A stretch of 64,000 nt of DNA from an uncultured Gemmatimonadales bacterium. Lineage in GTDB: Bacteria; Gemmatimonadota; Gemmatimonadetes; Longimicrobiales; RSA9. Shown here in pieces: positions 1 through 9,203 of the stretch. The position numbers were made by a program, and so were the translations under genes. Where the stretch lies: NCBI GenBank assembly GCA_963708135.1, contig OY970192.1, positions 3,008,001 through 3,072,000 on the forward strand, given 5' to 3'. The notes under the pieces are model-generated. The model worked only from the letters and a program-made list of their open reading frames with translations, had not been told where the DNA came from and made no database searches. Position 1 is the stretch's first letter. Every line of letters starts with the position of its first letter.

Positions 1-91
1 CGGCCACCGTGGCGAGCGTCGTCTCGTAATCGAGGGAGCTGGCGAGGAGTCGACTGGCCTCCGCCAGGAAAGCCGCGTCCGACGGCCCCAT
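1..91 (-). CDS. GAF-domain sensor protein (probable histidine kinase), N-terminal part; runs off the window
   Basis: Manual translation MGPSDAAFLAEASRLLASSLDYETTLATVA, the typical helix preceding GAF domains in sensor kinases; start may lie further upstream. Confidence 0.6.
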   Translation of the reverse strand, partial: MGPSDAAFLAEASRLLASSLDYETTLATVA

Positions 92-294
92 TGAACCGGC
101 GGCGCGGAAGCGTAGCGGCCGTTCGGTGCCACCCGGCCCCGGTCTCGGCGGTTTGTCTTCGTCCCCGGCCTCGCCGTCTCGGCCGGAGACGACGGTTTCG
201 ACCTCGGTTTCCGTCGTCCTGTCCAACGCGTCGTCCTCCGCAAATCCGTTCTGCCCGCTCGATTTTGCAAGCTTCGTGCACAAAAATGCCGGGG

Positions 295-1776
295 TCACGC
301 GCCACCCTTCGCCTCCGTCAGCGCACGGTCCGCGAAGGCGTCCACGAGCCGCGGAGCCAGCGCGGCGAACGGGACGGCGGCGGCCGCCGCGTCGCCTTCC
401 GCGAGCAGCCGCGCCAGCGACGTTGCGAGCTCCGGCCGCGCCTCGCCGGCCAGACGCGTGGCGAACGCCCCCGCGTCCACGCCGTAGCGCCCGAGGTCCC
501 GCAGCGCCTGCGTGAGCAGCACGTTGTGCGGCCCCTCCCACGTCTCCATGATCACCGCGTCGCGCCAGAGCCGCGGCAGCGGCGAGAAGCGCTCCTCGAT
601 GCCGTTGCCGCCGAGCAGCATCATCGCGTCGTGGACGAGCATCGTGGCGCGGCGGGTGAGCACCGGCTTGCACAGCGAGAGCAGCACGCGGAAGTCCGCG
701 TCTTCCACCCGCCACAACCGGAGCAGATCGAAGAGCGCCGCGGCCGCCCGGTCCGCCTCCCGGCGCAGCGTGTCGAGCGTCTCGGCCACGAGCGGGAAAT
801 CCGCGATGGGGCGCCCGAAGGCGACGCGGCGGCCCGCATACGTCCGCGCGATCCGCTCGGCGCGGCGCAGCGTGGCCGCCGCCACGCTGACGCAGCCGAA
901 GCGCGAGGGCGTGAGCACGTAGCGGAGCAGGTTGGCGAGCCCGCGGTCGAGCGGCCCGACGGGCGTGGCGCGGGCGCCCTCGAAGGTGACCTCGGCGGTG
1001 GCCAGCTCGCGCGTGCCGAGCTTGTCCTTCAGCCGCTCGATGCGGCAGCCGTTGCGCACAGCCTCGCCGTCGAGGAAGGCGGGGACCAGGAAGAGGCCGA
1101 TGCCGCGGCCGCCGGGAGGCGAGTCCGGCGGGCGCGCCGTCACCAGGAAGTAGTCCGCGTTGATGTTGGAGCAGAACCACTTCGTGCCGAACAGCCGGTA
1201 CGCCTCGGCGTCCGGCTCGGCGCGCGTCTCGTTGGCGGGGACATCCGAGCCGCCCTGCGGCTCCGTCACGAACTGCGCGGCATGCCACACCCGCTCGGGC
1301 GTGGAGCCGCGCACGCGGGACACGGCCTCGCGGTGGTCGGGCCGGTCGCCGAGCGCCTCGAGCGCGCGCACGAACCCGTCCGTACAGGCCATCGAGCAGC
1401 CCACGCCCGCCTCCCCGTTCTGCTGGTACAGATAGCAGGCGGCGTAGAAGTCGAACGGATCGCCGTGCACCGCGCCGAGGTGGGCGCGCCCCTCGACCTC
1501 CGCCAGGGCGCGCCGGGTGGAGGCGGGCAGCACGACCGCGTCGACGCGGCGGCCGTACGCATCGAAAGGCTCGAGCCGCGGCGCGTTCTCCGGGCGCGCC
1601 GACTCCTCGGCCAGCCCGGCCAGCCCGCCGGCACAGGCGCGGCCCCAGGCGCCGTGGGCCGCGTCCGCCGCGGGATCGGGGCCGCGGTGGCGGGCGAGGA
1701 TGCGGCCGAGCAGGGGGTCGTCCGCGTACCAGTCGCGTGGGAGCGCCTCGAGGAATGGCTCGTAGCTGTAGGGCAT
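295..1776 (-). CDS. acyl-CoA dehydrogenase family protein (AidB-like)
   Basis: TEPQGGSD, KWFCS, RLKDKLGTR, LGGNG and ETWEGPHNV motifs. Confidence 0.85.
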   Translation of the reverse strand: MPYSYEPFLEALPRDWYADDPLLGRILARHRGPDPAADAAHGAWGRACAGGLAGLAEESARPENAPRLEPFDAYGRRVDAVVLPASTRRALAEVEGRAHLGAVHGDPFDFYAACYLYQQNGEAGVGCSMACTDGFVRALEALGDRPDHREAVSRVRGSTPERVWHAAQFVTEPQGGSDVPANETRAEPDAEAYRLFGTKWFCSNINADYFLVTARPPDSPPGGRGIGLFLVPAFLDGEAVRNGCRIERLKDKLGTRELATAEVTFEGARATPVGPLDRGLANLLRYVLTPSRFGCVSVAAATLRRAERIARTYAGRRVAFGRPIADFPLVAETLDTLRREADRAAAALFDLLRLWRVEDADFRVLLSLCKPVLTRRATMLVHDAMMLLGGNGIEERFSPLPRLWRDAVIMETWEGPHNVLLTQALRDLGRYGVDAGAFATRLAGEARPELATSLARLLAEGDAAAAAVPFAALAPRLVDAFADRALTEAKGGA

Positions 1777-1834
1777 GGGACCTCCACGGAAAGAAACGCG
1801 GGCCGTGCGGGCGAGGCCGGCTCGCTCCCGCCGT

Positions 1835-3502
1835 TCAGTTCCCGCGCGCCTCTTCCGGCACGAACCTCAGGTCCTGGTAGTCGTAGCTGAAGTCGGCCAG
1901 CGGGGAGACGGCCTTCATGGTGACGTCGCGGATCGAGCCGTCGGGGCGGAGCGCGAAGGTCACGAAGGCGTCCGGGATGCTGGGGCGGCGCCAGCGCGCC
2001 ACGAAGGTGTCGTACTGCCAGTGCTCGAGGTCGGCGACGAAGGCGGGGGAGTGGCTGAAGCGGAGGACGAGCCGGCCGTCCTCCAGGCGGATCGTCGCCT
2101 GGCCGTACATCGCGTCCTCGTAGCGCCCGGCGTAGCGGGCGAGGGGCAGCGACGGGCCGGCCGTCGAGTCGCGGGCGGCGGCCTGGCGGCGCTCGACGGC
2201 CGCGGCGCGGGCGATGGAGGAGTCGCGCGCGGCGGCGAAGGCGGCGATCCAGTCGGTCTTCGGCGCCCGCAGGTACCGGTCGAGCACCCAGAACGCCACC
2301 GCGGTCGAGGCGCTTGACTCCGAGCTCGTGAGCACGACGACGCCGAGCTTCTCCGAGGGGACGAGGACGGTGCGGGAGATCATGCCGGCGAGGCCGCCGG
2401 AGTGGAGCGCGATCTTCCTGCCGCGGTAGTCGCGGACGTTCCAGCCGAGGGCATATTCCTGGAACTGCGGCTGGTACGGCTCCAGTTGCGGGATGGTGGT
2501 GCCGATCGGCTCGGGGGTGCGGCCCGTCCACATCTCGCGCGTCCGCTCGGCGCTCCAGAGGCGGCGGCTCGTGCCCGCGATGCGGCCGGAATCGAGCTGA
2601 ACGAGGAGCCAGCGTGAGAGGTCCGCCACGCTGGCGTTGATGGCGCCGGCGGGCGCGATGTTGTCCACGGTGTCGCGCGCGACCACGACGAGCTTGCCGT
2701 CGCGGAGGGTGTAGGGTGTGGCGACGTCCATGCCGGGCCGGAAGGCCGTGACGCTCGTGTTGGCGTCCGTCATGGCGAGCGGCTCGAAGATCCGCGCCTT
2801 CACGAACGCGTCCCAGATGGTGTCGGTCACGGCGGGGATGATCTGGCCGGCCGCCACGTAGAGGACGTTGTCGTAGGCGTACGCGCTGCGGAAGCTGGTC
2901 TCGGGAGGGATCGCGCGCATGCGGCGGATGATCTCCTCGCGGCCGTAGGTCGAGTTGAGCCAGAGCAGGTCCCCCGCGCCCAGGCCGAGGCCGCTCCTGT
3001 GCGTGAGCAGGTCCTCGACCGTGAACTCGCGCGTGACCCACGGGTCCGAGAGCTGGAACCACGGCAGGAAATCGGTGACGTGGTCGGTCCAGTGGAGCTT
3101 CCGCTCGTCCACCAGCATGGAGAGCGCAGCGGTGGTGAACGCCTTGGTGTTGGAGGCGATCTGGAAGAGGGTGTGCGCGTCCACGGGCGCGGCCTCGCCC
3201 AGCGTGCGCACGCCGTAGCCCTTCGTCAGCACGACGCGGTCATCCTTCACGATGGCGAGGGCGAGGCCCGGCACCTGGAACGTCTTCATGGCGCGGGCGA
3301 CCTCGGCATCGAGGCCCGCGGGCGGCGTTGCGGCGCGCTGTGCCTCGAGCGGCGCGACGCCGAGCGCGGCGAGCGCGGCGACCAGTCCCGCGGCCGGAAG
3401 GGCGCGCCGGGCTCGCGCGCCGGTGCGAGCGGAGCGGCGACGGCCGGAGAGGCCAGGGCCGGACGGACGGACGGCGGACCAGCTTCGGAACGCGGAGCTC
3501 AC
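1835..3502 (-). CDS. secreted serine hydrolase (class C beta-lactamase-like) with C-terminal DUF3471-like domain
   Basis: SxxK (SNTK), LLTHRSGL, YxN (YDN) and HSGG motifs; signal peptide; GTG start preceded by CAGGAGG. Confidence 0.85.
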   Translation of the reverse strand: MSSAFRSWSAVRPSGPGLSGRRRSARTGARARRALPAAGLVAALAALGVAPLEAQRAATPPAGLDAEVARAMKTFQVPGLALAIVKDDRVVLTKGYGVRTLGEAAPVDAHTLFQIASNTKAFTTAALSMLVDERKLHWTDHVTDFLPWFQLSDPWVTREFTVEDLLTHRSGLGLGAGDLLWLNSTYGREEIIRRMRAIPPETSFRSAYAYDNVLYVAAGQIIPAVTDTIWDAFVKARIFEPLAMTDANTSVTAFRPGMDVATPYTLRDGKLVVVARDTVDNIAPAGAINASVADLSRWLLVQLDSGRIAGTSRRLWSAERTREMWTGRTPEPIGTTIPQLEPYQPQFQEYALGWNVRDYRGRKIALHSGGLAGMISRTVLVPSEKLGVVVLTSSESSASTAVAFWVLDRYLRAPKTDWIAAFAAARDSSIARAAAVERRQAAARDSTAGPSLPLARYAGRYEDAMYGQATIRLEDGRLVLRFSHSPAFVADLEHWQYDTFVARWRRPSIPDAFVTFALRPDGSIRDVTMKAVSPLADFSYDYQDLRFVPEEARGN

Positions 3503-3623
3503 GGAGCGCACCTCCTGCGGGGCGGATCTCGGGTGTCGCGCTAAAGGGCGGTGCCGGCCGGTGCGCACGCAAGGGGCGGTGGTGGCGGGGTCGCTTCGCC
3601 GAGGGCCCCTCGGCCGCCGGCCT

Positions 3624-4883
3624 TCAGCCCGCCTCGATCAGCTCGCGCAGCAGGTGCCAGGCGGTGGCCTGCGCCTCCTGGATGCGCGGGATGTGCTGCG
3701 AGGGCGAGAGGATCACGTGGTCCGCGAGGCCGTCGGCGAGGATACGGCCGCCCTCGTACCCGACGAAGGCAACGCTGGCGAGCCCGCGCCGGCGCGCCTC
3801 CTCGAGGGCGGCGATGACGTTGCGCGAGTCGCCGCTCGTGGAGAAGGCGAGGAGCGCGTCCCCCGGGCGGCCCCAGGCGATCACCTGGCGGGCGAACAGA
3901 GCGTCGGGGCCGATGTCGTTGGCGAGCGCGGTGAGGATGGCCGCGTCCTCGGTGAGGTCGAGCGCGGCACGCGCGGGCCAGCCGTGCGGCGGATCGCGCA
4001 GGTCGGCCACGGCGTCCATGGCGTCCGTGGCCGAGCCGCCGTTGCCGATGGCGAGCAGCGTGCCGCCTCCGTCCAGCGCGCGGCGGAGGGTGGCGGCCGC
4101 GTCCACGAGGCCGGCCGCGGACCGGTGCACGGTACGTGCGCGCAGCGCGGCGACCTCATCGGACTTCATGACCACGGAGCGGCGCACGTCATCGAGGACG
4201 GCGTCGAGGTCGTGCTCCTGCTGGGCGAGGAACGGGTAGAGGAAGCTGGCGCCGCCGGCGTCGTGAGACGTGCGCGCGCCGCCTCCCTCGAGCAGGCCGG
4301 GGTGCTCGAAGAACAGGTGCACCAGCTCCCACAGCACGTGGTAGAGCGTCTCGACGATCTCCTGGCGGACGAACGGATCGGCGGCCGGTGGATCGAAGCT
4401 CCACTCCGCCGCGCCGCCCGCGGCGAAGTCGACGGTGAGGCAGCCGCGCGCACGCAGCGCAGCCACGCTCGCGTTCAGCGCGGCTCGCGCCTCGGCCGGC
4501 CCCGCATCGGTCCCGAAGGCGAGCACGATGTCACCGGAGGCGACGAGGGCGTCCGCCTGCGCCGCGATGTCGCCGCCCTCCGGCGCGAGCCCGAGCGCAG
4601 GGAGCGCGCGCTTCCCGACGATGACGGGGTGCACGAACTCGACGGCGACGTGGCGCGCGTCGGAGCGGGCCGCGGGCGTCGCGGCGAGCGCGACCAGCCG
4701 GCCGCCGCGGGCGAAGCGCTCGGCCATGGCGTGGCAGAGCCGGGCCAGCCGCCCGGCCTCCGCGCCGAAGAAGCGGCGCCCCGCGACGGCGCGTTCCTGG
4801 ACGCGCCGGTCGAGCAGCGTCCCGGCTGACTGGAGCTCCGCGGGCGACGCGAGCGCGGTCGGCGGTGCGGCGCCGGCTCTCAC
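3624..4883 (-). CDS. tandem SIS-domain protein (GmhA/phosphoheptose isomerase-like) of the hydrogenase cluster
   Basis: GNGGSATDA, LTALANDIG and STSGDS in the C-half; degenerate SIS in the N-half (DARHVAVEFVHP); GTG start overlaps upstream TGA. Confidence 0.8.
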   Translation of the reverse strand: MRAGAAPPTALASPAELQSAGTLLDRRVQERAVAGRRFFGAEAGRLARLCHAMAERFARGGRLVALAATPAARSDARHVAVEFVHPVIVGKRALPALGLAPEGGDIAAQADALVASGDIVLAFGTDAGPAEARAALNASVAALRARGCLTVDFAAGGAAEWSFDPPAADPFVRQEIVETLYHVLWELVHLFFEHPGLLEGGGARTSHDAGGASFLYPFLAQQEHDLDAVLDDVRRSVVMKSDEVAALRARTVHRSAAGLVDAAATLRRALDGGGTLLAIGNGGSATDAMDAVADLRDPPHGWPARAALDLTEDAAILTALANDIGPDALFARQVIAWGRPGDALLAFSTSGDSRNVIAALEEARRRGLASVAFVGYEGGRILADGLADHVILSPSQHIPRIQEAQATAWHLLRELIEAG

Positions 4884-4993
4884 GTCGTCGCCATGGCCGC
4901 GTTCTTCACGAGCGTGTCGCGGATCGGGATCAGCGATTCCTCCATCGCGTGGGCGTCCCGCAGCCACGCGAGCAGCAGCTCGTTGCGGTCCAT
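4880..4993 (-). pseudogene. N-terminal remnant of a DUF892/YciE ferritin-like protein (37 aa)
   Basis: MDRNELLLAWLRDAHAMEE resembles the YciE N-terminus; GGAGG RBS; stop after 37 codons. Confidence 0.55.
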
Positions 4994-5015
4994 CTCGCCT
5001 CCTCCTCGGTGCAGC

Positions 5016-5168
5016 CTACATCCGCTCCATGTTCCAGTACCGGCGCATCGCCGGCAGCTCCTTGCGCACGCCGCTCGCCAGCAGCACGCCCACGCCGACG
5101 AGCAGCAGCCAGCCGATCCAGCTCCGTCCTCCGTTGCCTTCGTGCTCGGTCTCGTCCTGCCGTCCCAT
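5016..5168 (-). CDS. small membrane protein of group 1h hydrogenase clusters (DUF6893-like)
   Basis: Manual translation MGRQDETEHEGNGGRSWIGWLLLVGVGVLLASGVRKELPAMRRYWNMERM; one TM helix and PxxRRY..xxM tail. Confidence 0.6.
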   Translation of the reverse strand: MGRQDETEHEGNGGRSWIGWLLLVGVGVLLASGVRKELPAMRRYWNMERM

Positions 5169-5171
5169 GGG

Positions 5172-5963
5172 TCACCCTTCCTGTTGGAGAAGATCGCCGA
5201 GGAGCGCCTCGACCTGCGCGGCCGCGGCGTCCACCGCGGCGGAAACGGGCGCGCTGAGCTCGGCCAGGACCTCGTCCGCGTCCGGGTCGGGCACCACCGC
5301 CGGCTCACATCCCACCACCAGCAGGCGGCTGGGGAGCGGGCCGAGCGCGCGGGCAAAGGCCAGCACGCGGACCGGATCCATGCCGTGCGTCTCGATGCCG
5401 ATCGGACCATCCGCGTCCACGCCGGCATCGATCACGTAGAGCGTGCCGGGCGTACGGCCGCGCGGCACCGCATCGACGAGGATCACCGCGTCGTAGTCCT
5501 GCAGCGCGTAGGCCAGGTCCATGCCGCGGATCCCGAAGTCGTGGACCACCACCCCGGCCGGCAACGCGCGGTCGTGGAGCCGGCCGGCGACTGCGCTGCC
5601 GAAGCCATCGTCGCCGAGGAAGATGTTGCCGATTCCGGCCACGAGGATCCGCGCCGGCGGCGGGAGCGGCTCGATCTCCTCCACGCGGAAGAAGAAGCGG
5701 TGCCCCGGCTGGCGCGCCATCCCGAGGTCGCGTCCGGGGTCGTCCTCGACGGTGACGGCCACGTGGAGAAGGCCGCCCTCGTCCTCGTCGATCCCCTCGA
5801 CGATCGCCACCCGCCCGGCCAGGGCGAGGTCCATGATGTCGCCGCCGGGACGCGGCCGCAGCCTCACCCGGCTGCCCCGGCGGAGCTCGACGCCCGCCAC
5901 CTGGACGCTCTCGGGGCCGGGCCGCTCCATGTCCTCCCAGAAGCCCTGCGGATCAGCCCGCAT
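5172..5963 (-). CDS. hupD: hydrogenase maturation protease with N-terminal SH3-like extension
   Basis: AGIGNIFLGDDGFG, DFGIRG, VDA, HGM and VGCEP motifs. Confidence 0.85.
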   Translation of the reverse strand: MRADPQGFWEDMERPGPESVQVAGVELRRGSRVRLRPRPGGDIMDLALAGRVAIVEGIDEDEGGLLHVAVTVEDDPGRDLGMARQPGHRFFFRVEEIEPLPPPARILVAGIGNIFLGDDGFGSAVAGRLHDRALPAGVVVHDFGIRGMDLAYALQDYDAVILVDAVPRGRTPGTLYVIDAGVDADGPIGIETHGMDPVRVLAFARALGPLPSRLLVVGCEPAVVPDPDADEVLAELSAPVSAAVDAAAAQVEALLGDLLQQEG

Positions 5964-7140
5964 CGCGAGCCTCCCGCGCCGGCGCACGCGGCGGCGCCCG
6001 CAGCCCGCCGACATCCCGGAACGTGCCGTGAAGCCCCATCATCTGGCGCTGCGTGAGCGCCTCTGTCCGCTCGAGAATCTCGCGCGTGCGCGGGTCCGCG
6101 CTGCGCATCGCCTCCCGCTCCGCGTCCGTGAGGCCGAGAATGTTCAGCACGAGCAGCTCGTCGATCTCGCCGCCGTCGAAGAGGTCGCCGGGGCTCTCGG
6201 GCGCGACGCGCGGATAGTCGGACAGGATGATCGGCGCGGCGAGCATCTCGCTCCGGCTGCCGGGCTCTCCCACCAGCACGGGCCAGCAGCCGCGGCTCTC
6301 GCAGCGCGCCACCGCCTCTCCGAGCGCCGGCGGCGGGTCGGTCATGGACACGAAGCGGGCGCTGCGGGCGCACAGCGCGATGTGCGTCGAGATGAAGCTG
6401 GACCGGAGCGCGGACTCGCGGTTCTCGCCGTCCCAGGGCGTCACGTTCTCGGCGACGACGCGCACCCGCGCCAACCGCGCGCCGGCCGGCTCTGCGTACG
6501 CCCGCAGGCGCCCCTCGAGCCCCCTCCAGGCCCGGACCAGCACACCCGCGGGGCGGCCTCCCGCGCCCGGGATCGGCTCCCGCTCTTCGCCCGGCGGGAT
6601 CCGGATCTCGCGCTCGAGCGAGGCGGCGCGGCCCACGCGCAGGCCACGCAGCGACACGTCGCGCTCGCGCGCCTCCTCCCAGCGCTCGTAGCGCTCGCCG
6701 CCCACCTCCAGCGCATCGACGAACCGGAGCGTGTCCCCGTCGCGCTCGGCCACGCGCCGCTCGACCACCTGGAGGAAGCGCACCGAGAGGTTGACGGCGG
6801 GGGGCCCGGCGCCCGGGTCGTCCGGCAGCTCGACCAGCAGCTCGGCCTGCATGCAGCAGGCGTCGTCCTCGTGGCCGCGCGCCGTCCAGCCGGGCGGGAA
6901 CACGCCGCCGAACGTCCAGCGCCGCTGGTTCTTGAGCGCGCTCGTGCGATACGGCCAGAGCATGTAGCCCTCGTAGAGCACGGCGCGCGCGATTGCGCGA
7001 ACGGCGTCCGTTGCGCCGTGCGCCGGCTCGCCCTGGTGCCGTCGGCCGCGCGGGTGCGCCCCGGCGGCCTGGCGGCCGCGGCGCGGCGGCCGCGCCGCGG
7101 CGTCCTCCGCGGCGCCACCGCTCCCGCGCGCACCGCTCAT
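5953..7140 (-). CDS. conserved hypothetical protein of group 1h hydrogenase clusters
   Basis: AVLYEGYMLWPYRTSALKNQRRWTFG and PIILSDYPRVAPESPGDLFDGGEIDE; overlaps neighbouring genes. Confidence 0.75.
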   Translation of the reverse strand: MSGARGSGGAAEDAAARPPRRGRQAAGAHPRGRRHQGEPAHGATDAVRAIARAVLYEGYMLWPYRTSALKNQRRWTFGGVFPPGWTARGHEDDACCMQAELLVELPDDPGAGPPAVNLSVRFLQVVERRVAERDGDTLRFVDALEVGGERYERWEEARERDVSLRGLRVGRAASLEREIRIPPGEEREPIPGAGGRPAGVLVRAWRGLEGRLRAYAEPAGARLARVRVVAENVTPWDGENRESALRSSFISTHIALCARSARFVSMTDPPPALGEAVARCESRGCWPVLVGEPGSRSEMLAAPIILSDYPRVAPESPGDLFDGGEIDELLVLNILGLTDAEREAMRSADPRTREILERTEALTQRQMMGLHGTFRDVGGLRAPPRAPAREARDAG

Positions 7141-7856
7141 GTCTCGTCCCGCTCGAGCAGGGCCTCGATGGTCGCATCCCACGTGGGCGGCGAGTGGCCG
7201 GCGCGAAGCGCGTCGAGGCGGTCGAACAGGTCGCGGCGCATGCGGATCCACGCCGCGTTCGGGTAATGGCTCTCCATGAGCTCCTGCCACAGCGCGGCCG
7301 GCATGGCGTAGCGCGCCTCGCGGTCCCACGGCAGCCGGGCGGCGCGCAGGGCGCCGTCCGGGGCGGCGTAGAAGACGGTGCCGCTGAAGAGGAACTCCAG
7401 CGGGATCTCGCCCTCCCGGACGGCGTTCAGGTACTTCGAGGCGGAGACATCGAAGTCGTAGCCGCACGGGACGCGCAGGGCGACAGTCGCGGCGCCGGTG
7501 AAGGCCGGCACGACCCGGCTGGTGTCGACCCAGAAGAGGCTGCGCAGATTGCGGCCCCAGTCCGGGCGCTCGCCGAAGAGCTCGCGCAGGCCGGGCAGGG
7601 ACGGATCCTCGTAGGCGCGCTCGGGGGCGCGGATCCGGATCTGCGCGTCCAGCGCGAGCGAGCGCACCTCGGCGCCGGCCGCGTCCACCAGCAGCGCGAA
7701 CTCGAGCGTGGGCGCGGCCGCGAACTCGACGACGCGCGCGCTCCCGACGCGGAAGCTCAGGTCGGGCGGCCCGGTCCCGCCCGGCACGGGCCGGCCGGCC
7801 GGCGCGGGGGCGAGGATCGGCGGCACGGCCGGGCGCGGCCGCAGCGGCGTGCTCAT
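7137..7856 (-). CDS. DUF6084-like protein of the hydrogenase cluster
   Basis: ELFGERPDWG, PCGYDF..KY, LFSGTVFY and PWDRE motifs. Confidence 0.7.
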   Translation of the reverse strand: MSTPLRPRPAVPPILAPAPAGRPVPGGTGPPDLSFRVGSARVVEFAAAPTLEFALLVDAAGAEVRSLALDAQIRIRAPERAYEDPSLPGLRELFGERPDWGRNLRSLFWVDTSRVVPAFTGAATVALRVPCGYDFDVSASKYLNAVREGEIPLEFLFSGTVFYAAPDGALRAARLPWDREARYAMPAALWQELMESHYPNAAWIRMRRDLFDRLDALRAGHSPPTWDATIEALLERDET

Positions 7857-8077
7857 GCCGGCGAGAGGTTCGGCATCTCGGGCAGGATCGCGTTGCTCGA
7901 GTCGGCGTTGATCCCCGTCGATCGGCGCGCGGTCGAGCGGCCGTCCGGCAGGTGGCCGTCCATGGCCTCGTAGTTGCCAAGCGCGTTCCCCTCCGCGACG
8001 CCGTGCACGTGCGACGGCCGGGTCGGCGTGGTGTCCGCGCGCCCCACCCGCAGGTTGTCCCGTGTGCGTGTACCCAT
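7853..8077 (-). CDS. small conserved hypothetical protein (74 aa) of the hydrogenase cluster
   Basis: PSHVHGVAEGN...RRSTGIN...MPNLSPA; AGGAG RBS; coupled to the downstream gene. Confidence 0.65.
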   Translation of the reverse strand: MGTRTRDNLRVGRADTTPTRPSHVHGVAEGNALGNYEAMDGHLPDGRSTARRSTGINADSSNAILPEMPNLSPA

Positions 8078-8097
8078 GCTCCCGCTCCTTCCCGTGA

Positions 8098-8856
8098 TCA
8101 GCCCGCGGCCTGCTCCACGCTCCGGCGGGTGCCGCCGCGCGCGGGCCGCGCGCGCGCCGAGACGGCGTCGAAGAACGCGGCCAGCCGCTCCCATACCTCG
8201 CTTCCCCCCGCCAGCCCCTTCCAGTGCGCCCGGATCAGCGCGACGAGCTCGTAGCAGACGTCGATCGGCACCAGCCAGTAGCGCTCGCCGCCGCGCGTGC
8301 GGTCCACGAGCAGCGCCTCCACGTCCGGATCCAGCTCGCGCAGGACCGGGTTGCGCTCCGCCAGCTCGTCCCAGCGGTCGAGCCCCAGCTGCGACTCCAC
8401 CGCCCCCGCCGGCCCCGGATAGAACGCCACCACCCGCCCCGCGGCGCTGTCGGGGAAGAAGAAGGCCATGTCCACCGGCACCGCCAGCGCCGCCCACAGC
8501 GGCGCGGGCAGGTCGAACCCCTCCAGCGCCAGCACCCGGTCGGGCACCACCCGGTACTGCCCGCCGGCCGCCTCCCGGCAATCGAACAGCACCGAGCATG
8601 CCCGGCACACGCAGCGCAGCTCGCGCGCCCCGATGTCGGCCAGGTGGCGGTGCCGCTCCGCGATCGGCTGCGCGCACAGCTCGCAGCGCAGCGTGCCGTC
8701 CACCTCCGGCCCGCCCGGGGAGCCCCCGGCCGGCGCGGGGCCGCGCAGCCGGGCGAGCGTGCCGGCCAGCTCGTCGCCTGCGGCGGGCGCAGGCGGGATT
8801 CGCCCCGAGGCCAGCGCGGCAAGACGCGGCGACGCGAGACGCGACGCGGGCGTCAC
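8098..8856 (-). CDS. DUF5947-like protein (CxxC...H...CxCxxC metal-binding)
   Basis: CELC, HRH, CVCRAC, FYPGPAGAVES and PIDVCYEL..HWKG. Confidence 0.75.
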   Translation of the reverse strand: MTPASRLASPRLAALASGRIPPAPAAGDELAGTLARLRGPAPAGGSPGGPEVDGTLRCELCAQPIAERHRHLADIGARELRCVCRACSVLFDCREAAGGQYRVVPDRVLALEGFDLPAPLWAALAVPVDMAFFFPDSAAGRVVAFYPGPAGAVESQLGLDRWDELAERNPVLRELDPDVEALLVDRTRGGERYWLVPIDVCYELVALIRAHWKGLAGGSEVWERLAAFFDAVSARARPARGGTRRSVEQAAG

Positions 8857-9203
8857 CGGTGGGCCCCGTTCCGTCCCGCCTCGAGCTTCACGAGCGGCGG
8901 GCCGCCGGGGCCGCCCGGCACCTCGGCCGGATCGACGAACCCCAGCGGATGCAGGCCGTGGATCATGAGCAGATGTCCGATCAGCTCATCGCGGGCGAGG
9001 TCCGCGGGCCGGACGGTCGAGTCGGGCGCCTCGAGCCGCTCGAGGACCCGCTCGAGGCAGCCGCCGTAGAGCTCGAGCACCGCCTGCAGGGCCTCGAGCG
9101 CGCGCTCCCGCTGCGACGCCGGCATGCCGTCGATCGCCTCGAGCGCGCGCTCGACCCTGCGGACACGGCCCCGCGCCTCCGCCGCCCCCCCGTCCCCGCT
9201 CAT
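8853..9203 (-). CDS. short NifU-associated N-terminal-domain protein directly downstream of the large subunit
   Basis: LELYGGCLER...LLMIHGLHP; no following CxxC NifU domain. Confidence 0.6.
   Translation of the reverse strand: MSGDGGAAEARGRVRRVERALEAIDGMPASQRERALEALQAVLELYGGCLERVLERLEAPDSTVRPADLARDELIGHLLMIHGLHPLGFVDPAEVPGGPGGPPLVKLEAGRNGAHR

Noticed and set aside
188..218. Inverted repeat GACGACGG...CCGTCGTC
   Set aside because: Only an 8-bp GC stem; could be a terminator or chance
1835..3502. Antibiotic resistance beta-lactamase
   Set aside because: The motifs fit the broad serine hydrolase/peptidase family; nothing specific supports resistance
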